Source: a candidate division FCPU426 bacterium (lineage in GTDB: Bacteria > Oederibacteriota > Muellerivitia > Muellerivitales > Muellerivitaceae). Taken from it: a DNA stretch of 64,000 nucleotides. The stretch covers positions 64,001-128,000 of the forward strand of contig CAWCKJ010000008.1 of the NCBI GenBank assembly GCA_963796105.1. Reading direction: 5' to 3'. The notes below the pieces were generated by a model, which saw only the letters and a program-made list of their open reading frames with translations, did not search any database and was not told the origin of the DNA. The position numbers and the translations under genes are program-made. Positions 56,747 through 64,000 of the stretch are shown here, in pieces; the stretch's first letter is position 1; the number at the start of each line of letters is the position of its first letter.

Positions 56747-56776
56747 TTGACTTGTTTAAAGATGAATCTGTATAAT
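56747..56776 (+). promoter_or_regulatory. sigma70 promoter for rpoBC
   Basis: TTGACT-N18-TATAAT. Confidence 0.7.
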
Positions 56777-56860
56777 CCTTTCTCTTTGTCCCAAGAAAGA
56801 AAACTCCTAATCCGTGTTTTTAAAAGTTTTACATTCCTGCCATGATCCGGAGGATTTTCG

Positions 56861-59800
56861 GTGAAAAAAGTTAAATTTGGTCGTCGTGAACGAATAGATT
56901 TTAGCCGGATACCCATCATTATGGATATGCCGGATTTAATCGAATTTCAAAGAAAATCATATGAAGCTTTTTTGCAAAAAGATTTTTTAGCCGAAGAAAG
57001 GCAAGATCAAGGCCTCCAATCTGTTTTTAGTAGTGTTTTTCCAATTTGGGATTTCAATGAAGTTTCCTCCCTAGAGTTTGTTTCTTATTCACTCCTGGAA
57101 CCAAAGTATAACGTCCGTGAATGTCAGGAACGAGGGATGACCTATTCTGTGCCAATGAAAGTCACTTTGCGTTTGGTTATTCGGGAGGAAGATCCTGAGA
57201 CTGGAACAAAAAAAGTAAAAGATATTCGCGAACAAGAAGTCTTTTTTTGCGATTTGCCCATGATGACAAATCGCGGCACATTTATGATCAATGGCGCTGA
57301 AAGAGTTATCGTTTCACAATTACACCGATCGCCTGGGGTAACTTTTGACGAAGATGAAGGGAAATTTTCTTCAGCCGGAAAGAAAATGTATATGGCAAGC
57401 GTGATTCCTTATCATGGGTCCTGGCTTGAGTTTGAGTTTGATGTTAACGGAATACTTTACGCCCGCATTGATCGAAAAAGAAAATTTGTTGCCAGCACAT
57501 TGCTTCGTGCATGGGGTTTTTCAACAGATGAGGATATTTTAAAAATTTTCTTTGAATTAGAAAATTACGAGGTTTCTGAAAAAAAGCTCTTAGGAAAAAC
57601 AGCCGCACAGGACGTGACTAGTCCGGAAACTGGGGAGGTGGTTGTTGAAGCGGGCGCTGATTTTACGCCCGAGGTAATAGGTGTATTGAAGAAATTAGGA
57701 ATAAAACAAGTTAAGGCTGTTTCCGCGAACCCGAATGATGTTTCGATTTTAAACACATTACGGAAAGATAACACACATTCGACTGAATCGGCATTGGTGG
57801 AAATTTACAAAAAAATTAGGCCGGGTGATCCTCCGACTTTGGAAAATGCCAAGAACTTAATGGAGAATTTGTTTTTTAATAAAAAGCGTTATGATTTGGC
57901 GCGTGTTGGTCGATATAAATTAAATAAAAAACTCGGGTTAAAAACCACATTGGATCAACGCATTATTTCTAAAGACGACCTAGTTTATGTTATTCGATAT
58001 CTTTTTAATCTTTGCAATGGACAGGGTGAAAAAGATGACATTGATCATTTGGGCAACCGCCGCATACGAACGGCTGGCGAACTTCTGGAAAATAAACTTA
58101 GGCTAGGCTTTACACGGATGGAAAGGGCGGTTAGGGAGCGTATGTCCATTGTGGATATGGATATGAACCCCATGCCGAGTCAACTTATTTCCACAAAACC
58201 AATTACTGCAGCTGTAAAAGAATTTTTTGGGACCTCCCAGCTATCACAATTTATGGATCAGACAAATCCCTTGGCGGAGTTGACCCATAAAAGGCGTCTT
58301 TCCGCATTGGGCCCTGGTGGTTTAAACAGAGAACGCGCCGGGTTTGAAGTTAGAGACGTTCATCATACTCATTATGGAAGAGTATGCCCGATCGAAACCC
58401 CAGAAGGGCCTAATATTGGCTTAATTGCTTCATTGTCTACTTATGCTCAAATAAACGAGTTCGGTTTTGTTACTACTCCTTTGCGAAAAGTTGATGGGGG
58501 CCGGGTTGGCAAAAAAATCGAATTTCTACCAGCAGATGATGCCGACAAATACATTATCGCGCAAGCAAACTCTCCTTTGGATGAAAGTAATAAGTTTTCG
58601 AATGAGATTATTTCAGCGAGATTTAAAGATGATTTTCCGTTAGTTTCTTCCCATGAAATTCATTACATGGATGTTTCGCCCCGTCAGCTATTTTCGGTTG
58701 CGACCTCTCTTATTCCTTTTTTGGAGCATGATGATGCTAATCGAGCTCTCATGGGATCTAATATGCAACGGCAGGCGGTTCCATTGATACGAACCGAGGC
58801 ACCCTTAGTTGGGACGGGAATGGAATATAAAGCTGCTTATGATTCGGGAGTTTTAGTAATAGCTAAACGTGATGGAATTGTTGCAGGTGTTTCATCTGAT
58901 GAAATAATAATTTTCGCGGATGAGGGAGATGAAACTGGTTCCGTGGATATTTATAAGCTGATTAAATACAAACGATCCAACCAAGATACTTGTATTAATC
59001 AAAGACCTATTGTTAAGAAAAATGAAAAAATAAAAAAAGGTGATGTTATTGCCGATGGGCCATCAACAGACCAAGGAGAGTTAGCCTTGGGGAGAAATCT
59101 TTTGGTGGCTTTTATGCCTTGGAGGGGTTTCAACTTTGAGGACGCTATCATTGTTTCTGAAAAGCTGGTCAGGGAAGATTATTTCACTTCTGTCCACATT
59201 GAGGAGTTTGAGCTGGAAGCTCGCGATACTAAATTGGGAAAAGAAGAAATCACTCGAGACATACCTAATGTCGGAGATGATGCCCTTAAAGATTTGGATG
59301 AAGAGGGAATAATACGTATTGGCGCAGAGGTTGTTCCTGGCGATATTTTGGTTGGAAAAGTTACTCCCAAGGGCGAAACGGAATTAACCCCGGAAGAAAA
59401 ACTGCTTCGAGCTATATTTGGCGAAAAGGCGGGGGATGTACGGGATGCTTCTTTAAGGGTTCCCCCGGGAGTCGAGGGAAAAGTAATTGATATTAAAGTT
59501 TTTAAAAGAAAAGAAAAAGATGAAAAAGTAAAGGGACGGGATGCCTCGATGGTTAAATCCATCGAAAAAGAAGCTCTTCATCGGAATAAACAGTTGGAAA
59601 AAGAAACCTTAAGCCGGATTGAAAATTTGAGGAATCAGTATTCTGAAAAAGTTAAAAATCTAAATAAAGCAGAAAGCCTTGAACTGCAGGATAACTTAAA
59701 TGAGGAAGAGAAAAGATTAAAAGAAGTATTAGAAAATCGGTACAAGGAAATTGAACGCGATAAAAACAATGAAATAGAAAAAATAAAAAGAGGGGATGAA

Positions 59801-60565
59801 CTTGCTCCGGGAGTTATTAAATTAGTAAAAGTTTATATAGCCAAGAAAAGAAAGCTGTCGGTAGGCGACAAAATGGCTGGTCGACACGGAAACAAGGGTG
59901 TTGTTTCAAAAATAGTGCCGGAAGAAGATATGCCTTATTTGCCGGACGGCCGGCCGGTAGATATTATTCTAAATCCCCTTGGGGTTCCCTCTCGCATGAA
60001 TGTTGGACAGATATTGGAAACTCATTTGGGCTGGGCAGCTCATGAAGGTGGGTATCATGTTGCTTCCCCAGTATTTGATGGCGCAAAAGAAGAGGAAATA
60101 AAAAAAGCTCTTATTGAACAAAAATTGCCGGAGTCAGGAAAAATTAGGCTATATGACGGTATGACGGGTGAACCTTTTGATCAGGAAGTGACAGTTGGTT
60201 ATATATATATTCTTAAATTAGCTCATTTGGTGGACGACAAAATTCATGCGCGTTCAATTGGGCCATATTCCCTAATAACCCAACAACCACTTGGAGGAAA
60301 AGCGCAATTTGGTGGACAACGTTTTGGGGAAATGGAAGTTTGGGCTTTAGAAGCCTATGGGGCAGCCTACACCTTACAAGAACTTTTAACTGTTAAATCT
60401 GATGATGTTCAAGGAAGGACCAAAATTTATGAGGCGATTGTTAAGGGGAAAAATGCTCCAGAACCCGGAATTCCGGAGTCTTTCAACGTATTGGTCAAAG
60501 AATTGCAGGGTCTATGCTTAGATGTCAAACTCTTAAAAAATCCAAATAAAATATCTAATAATTGA
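56861..60565 (+). CDS. rpoB: RNA polymerase beta subunit
   Basis: [42 protein letters not shown]. Confidence 0.99.
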   Translation: MKKVKFGRRERIDFSRIPIIMDMPDLIEFQRKSYEAFLQKDFLAEERQDQGLQSVFSSVFPIWDFNEVSSLEFVSYSLLEPKYNVRECQERGMTYSVPMKVTLRLVIREEDPETGTKKVKDIREQEVFFCDLPMMTNRGTFMINGAERVIVSQLHRSPGVTFDEDEGKFSSAGKKMYMASVIPYHGSWLEFEFDVNGILYARIDRKRKFVASTLLRAWGFSTDEDILKIFFELENYEVSEKKLLGKTAAQDVTSPETGEVVVEAGADFTPEVIGVLKKLGIKQVKAVSANPNDVSILNTLRKDNTHSTESALVEIYKKIRPGDPPTLENAKNLMENLFFNKKRYDLARVGRYKLNKKLGLKTTLDQRIISKDDLVYVIRYLFNLCNGQGEKDDIDHLGNRRIRTAGELLENKLRLGFTRMERAVRERMSIVDMDMNPMPSQLISTKPITAAVKEFFGTSQLSQFMDQTNPLAELTHKRRLSALGPGGLNRERAGFEVRDVHHTHYGRVCPIETPEGPNIGLIASLSTYAQINEFGFVTTPLRKVDGGRVGKKIEFLPADDADKYIIAQANSPLDESNKFSNEIISARFKDDFPLVSSHEIHYMDVSPRQLFSVATSLIPFLEHDDANRALMGSNMQRQAVPLIRTEAPLVGTGMEYKAAYDSGVLVIAKRDGIVAGVSSDEIIIFADEGDETGSVDIYKLIKYKRSNQDTCINQRPIVKKNEKIKKGDVIADGPSTDQGELALGRNLLVAFMPWRGFNFEDAIIVSEKLVREDYFTSVHIEEFELEARDTKLGKEEITRDIPNVGDDALKDLDEEGIIRIGAEVVPGDILVGKVTPKGETELTPEEKLLRAIFGEKAGDVRDASLRVPPGVEGKVIDIKVFKRKEKDEKVKGRDASMVKSIEKEALHRNKQLEKETLSRIENLRNQYSEKVKNLNKAESLELQDNLNEEEKRLKEVLENRYKEIERDKNNEIEKIKRGDELAPGVIKLVKVYIAKKRKLSVGDKMAGRHGNKGVVSKIVPEEDMPYLPDGRPVDIILNPLGVPSRMNVGQILETHLGWAAHEGGYHVASPVFDGAKEEEIKKALIEQKLPESGKIRLYDGMTGEPFDQEVTVGYIYILKLAHLVDDKIHARSIGPYSLITQQPLGGKAQFGGQRFGEMEVWALEAYGAAYTLQELLTVKSDDVQGRTKIYEAIVKGKNAPEPGIPESFNVLVKELQGLCLDVKLLKNPNKISNN

Positions 60566-60577
60566 AGGAGTTTAACT

Positions 60578-63500
60578 TTGAGCCAGTTGAAATCCAACAA
60601 CACTGAGAATAATGAAGAGCTTAAGGTGCAGATTACTGAAGGTGCATTAATAAGCGATAAAAAAACAGTCTTAGAGAATTTACTAAGGGAAACACCTCAT
60701 TTTGAAGCCATAAAAATAGGCCTTTCTTCGCCCGAAACGATTCGTTCCTGGTCTCATGGAGAAGTAAAAAAACCAGAAACCATTAATTATCGAACATTTA
60801 AGCCCGAGAAAAATGGGTTGTTTTGCGAAAAAATATTCGGGCCAACTAAGGATTGGGAATGTACTTGCGGAAAATACAAGCGAATCAAATATAAAGATGT
60901 TATTTGTGATCGTTGCGGAGTCGAAGTGACCCAGGCCAAAGTAAGGCGTGAACGAATGGGACATATTGAATTGGCCTGTTTGGTTTCCCACATTTGGTAT
61001 TTAAAAGGTGTGCCTTCAAGGATGGGATATCTTTTAGAGATGTCAACACGTAATTTAGAAAGAATAATTTATTACGAATCCTATGTGGTTATAGAACCAG
61101 GAAAAGCTCCAATTGATGTTGGCCAATTACTTTCGGAAGATGAATATCAGAAATTACGTTTGGAATATGGCGCATCCTTAAAAGCGAAAATGGGGGCCGA
61201 GGCGATCCGAGATTTGATTAGATCCGTTGATTTGGCTGATTTGGATAAAAAACTTCGTGTTCAGATGAAACAAACCAACAGTGAGCAAAAAAGAAAGACC
61301 ATCATTAAGAGATTGAAGGTGATCGAAAATTTTTTGAAAAGTGATAACAAACCGGAATGGATGTTCCTTGAAGTTTTGCCGGTAATTCCGCCTGAACTTC
61401 GGCCGTTGGTGCCGCTTGATGGTGGTCGCTTTGCTACTTCTGATTTAAACGATCTTTACCGGCGTGTAATAAATAGAAATAATCGATTGAAAAAACTTTT
61501 AGAATTACATGCACCTGAAGTTATTGTTCGCAATGAAAAGCGAATGTTACAAGAAGCAGTGGATGCATTGCTGGATAATGGGCGGAGAGGACATGCCGTT
61601 CGGGGTCCTGGGAACCGGCCTCTTAAATCACTTTCGGATATGTTGAAGGGAAAACAGGGGCGGTTTCGTCAAAACCTATTGGGTAAACGCGTTGATTATT
61701 CTGGGCGTTCTGTAATTGTAGTTGGGCCGGAATTAAAGATGCATCAGTGTGGATTGCCGAAGAAAATGGCATTGGAACTCTTTAAACCTTTTATAATAAA
61801 AAAACTAGAAGATCGGGGATATGTTCATACCATTAAAAGCGCTCGAAAAATGGTTGAAAGAGTAAAACCGGAAGTTTGGGATATTCTTGCTGAGGTTATT
61901 CGTGACCATCATGTCCTTTTAAATCGAGCGCCTACGTTACATCGACAAGGCATTCAGGCTTTTCAGCCTGTTTTAATTGAAGGGCGTGCTATTCAGATCC
62001 ATCCCTTAGTTTGTACTGCATTTAACGCGGATTTTGACGGGGATCAAATGGCGGTACATGTTCCACTTTCAAGCGAAGCACAAATGGAAGCAAGATTTCT
62101 AATGCTTTCGACAAACAATATTAACTCAACTTCCAATGGGCGTCCCATTGTTACTCCTACACAAGACATTGTTTTGGGGTCCTATTACCTTACTAAGGAA
62201 AAACCGGGAGATGTTGGAGAAGGAAGGGTTTTTTCCGCAGCTAAGGAGGTACTTATTGCGTTTGAAGAAAAAAAAGTAGGAAAACATGCAAGGATAAAAG
62301 TAAGGATCAATGGAAAAATTATTGACACTACTGTCGGAAGGGTTCTTTTTAATCAAGTCATTCCTACAGGGTTACCCTATAACAACCAAGTCATGAACAA
62401 AAAAGAATTAGGCGATTTGGTTGCTTTGTGCTATGAAAAACTCGGCTCGGAACCGACAGTCAAGCTTCTCGATGATGTTAAGGAGTTAGGATTCAAATAT
62501 GCCACTACAGCTGGGATAACCGTTTCTATCGATGATATGAAAATACCAAAAGATAAAGTTGATATATTAAAAAGATCCTATAAGGAAGTCGCGGAAATCG
62601 AAAATCAATACAAAAAAGGAATAATTACTGCGGGTGAGCGTTATAACAAAGTAATTGATATTTGGACCCATACAACCGATGAAATAGCCGAAGTTATGTT
62701 TGAGAATTTAAAAAAAGATAATCATGGGTTTAATCCCATTTATATGATGGCAGATTCTGGAGCACGTGGTTCTAAGATGCAAATTCGACAGCTTGCCGGA
62801 ATGCGGGGGCTAATGGCTAAGCCTCTCCAAAAAATTACCGGGTCAATTGGTGAAATCATCGAATCCCCTATTACAGCTAATTTCCGTGAAGGATTGACGG
62901 TTTTGGAATACTTTATTTCCACACATGGAGCTCGTAAAGGTTTAGCGGATACTGCCCTTAAAACCGCGGATGCGGGTTACTTAACACGTCGTTTAGTGGA
63001 TGTGGCACAAGAAGTCATCATCAATGCTGAGGATTGCGGGACGCTAAATGGAGTAAGGGTAGGTGCCATTAAAGAAGGTATAGAAATAATCGAACCTTTG
63101 AAAGATCGTATCGCTGGTCGGATAGCGGTCGATAATGTCGCTAATCTCCTAACTTCCGAAGTAATCATTCGATCTGGACAAGTGATTACTGAAAATGTTG
63201 CCGACAAACTTGAGGAAGCTGGAATTGAACAAATTAGAGTGCGTTCAGTTTTAACCTGTGAATTGGAACGGGGAGTTTGCGCAAAGTGTTATGGTTTAAA
63301 TTTGGCGAATGGCAAACTAGTTCAAATGGGTGAGGCGGTTGGTATTATTGCGGCTCAATCTATTGGCGAACCAGGTACTCAATTGACCCTGAGAACTTTC
63401 CATGTTGGTGGAGCAGCCAGTAGGGCATTGGAACAATCTAAAATTGAGTCACATAGGACTGGTAAAGTTCGGTTCCACAATTTGAAACTAGTGGAAAACC

Positions 63501-64000
63501 GGGCAAGGGATTTAATTGTATTAAACCGTAATGGTGAGATTTCTATATATGATGAAAAAGGACGTATCGTTGAAAATTACGTCGTCCCATTTGGGTCAAC
63601 TTTGAAAGTTCATGAAGGTGATGCTGTGAGAGAAAATCAAATGTTGGCGCACTGGGATCTTTATAAGGTGCCGATATTTTCCGAAGTTAGCGGTAATTTA
63701 AAATTACAAGATGTTATCAGGGGGGTTACTGTTCGGGAGGAAATTGATTCCACGACAGGTCTTAAAGAACGAGCCATAATGGAGTATAAAGACGAAAATT
63801 TATCACCACGTTGTCTTATTATCAATCCAGAAACAGGCGAAGCGATAAAGAGTTATCGGCTACCAACAGGTTCTTTAATTAATGTCGCAGATGGTGACAA
63901 AGTTATGGCTGGTGATATTCTCGCAAAGATACCTCGCGAAATCTCTAAAACACGTGACATTACTGGGGGGCTTCCACGAGTTGCCGAGCTTTTTGAGGCT
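60578..64000 (+). CDS. rpoC: RNA polymerase beta' subunit, 3'-truncated by the window end (absent from the ORF track)
   Basis: TTG 60578 after AAGGAG; translated by eye: [35 protein letters not shown] near 62020-62050, [13 protein letters not shown] near 63365-63403 followed by a trigger-loop insertion. Start could be GTG 60626. Confidence 0.97.
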   Translation, partial: MSQLKSNNTENNEELKVQITEGALISDKKTVLENLLRETPHFEAIKIGLSSPETIRSWSHGEVKKPETINYRTFKPEKNGLFCEKIFGPTKDWECTCGKYKRIKYKDVICDRCGVEVTQAKVRRERMGHIELACLVSHIWYLKGVPSRMGYLLEMSTRNLERIIYYESYVVIEPGKAPIDVGQLLSEDEYQKLRLEYGASLKAKMGAEAIRDLIRSVDLADLDKKLRVQMKQTNSEQKRKTIIKRLKVIENFLKSDNKPEWMFLEVLPVIPPELRPLVPLDGGRFATSDLNDLYRRVINRNNRLKKLLELHAPEVIVRNEKRMLQEAVDALLDNGRRGHAVRGPGNRPLKSLSDMLKGKQGRFRQNLLGKRVDYSGRSVIVVGPELKMHQCGLPKKMALELFKPFIIKKLEDRGYVHTIKSARKMVERVKPEVWDILAEVIRDHHVLLNRAPTLHRQGIQAFQPVLIEGRAIQIHPLVCTAFNADFDGDQMAVHVPLSSEAQMEARFLMLSTNNINSTSNGRPIVTPTQDIVLGSYYLTKEKPGDVGEGRVFSAAKEVLIAFEEKKVGKHARIKVRINGKIIDTTVGRVLFNQVIPTGLPYNNQVMNKKELGDLVALCYEKLGSEPTVKLLDDVKELGFKYATTAGITVSIDDMKIPKDKVDILKRSYKEVAEIENQYKKGIITAGERYNKVIDIWTHTTDEIAEVMFENLKKDNHGFNPIYMMADSGARGSKMQIRQLAGMRGLMAKPLQKITGSIGEIIESPITANFREGLTVLEYFISTHGARKGLADTALKTADAGYLTRRLVDVAQEVIINAEDCGTLNGVRVGAIKEGIEIIEPLKDRIAGRIAVDNVANLLTSEVIIRSGQVITENVADKLEEAGIEQIRVRSVLTCELERGVCAKCYGLNLANGKLVQMGEAVGIIAAQSIGEPGTQLTLRTFHVGGAASRALEQSKIESHRTGKVRFHNLKLVENRARDLIVLNRNGEISIYDEKGRIVENYVVPFGSTLKVHEGDAVRENQMLAHWDLYKVPIFSEVSGNLKLQDVIRGVTVREEIDSTTGLKERAIMEYKDENLSPRCLIINPETGEAIKSYRLPTGSLINVADGDKVMAGDILAKIPREISKTRDITGGLPRVAELFEA

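Noticed and set aside
1..64000. tRNA, rRNA, CRISPR arrays, prophage genes
   Set aside because: None recognised by eye; tRNAscan-SE, Infernal and CRISPR finders were not run, so short RNAs could be missed.

Overview
Chromosomal segment of a diderm bacterium: it carries an outer-membrane beta-barrel gene, an alpha-2-macroglobulin/PbpC locus, ftsEX-envC-ctpA, tsaD, dusB, rsmI, pdxA-rsmA, glmS, rpmE-prfA-prmC, coaE, two GGDEF genes, rho, rpoB and a truncated rpoC. The lineage cannot be assigned from the sequence alone. Five complete IS elements with readable ends and target-site duplications are present: three IS1595, one IS21 nested in an IS1595, and one IS1380. The most unusual signals are non-coding. 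(1) Several spacers inside housekeeping operons (envC|ctpA, yibQ|tsaD, mgtC|dusB, PAP2|rsmI, phoH|pdxA, downstream of rsmI) hold inverted-repeat-bounded elements from several arm families. They are nested inside each other, show compensatory changes, in one case carry an inner module in opposite orientations, and in another bracket a four-helix-bundle gene. (2) The 3' end of rsmI is present three times, separating an AlbA/Schlafen-type gene and a DUF1016 gene, and the middle copy is a recombinant of the other two. (3) A ~330-nt leader of seven consecutive hairpins precedes the outer-membrane protein gene. (4) The alpha-2-macroglobulin is fused to a polytopic membrane domain. (5) GC content falls strongly from left to right, so that rho/rpoBC lie in AT-rich DNA. 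All product calls come from motif recognition in the translations; no database searches were run.
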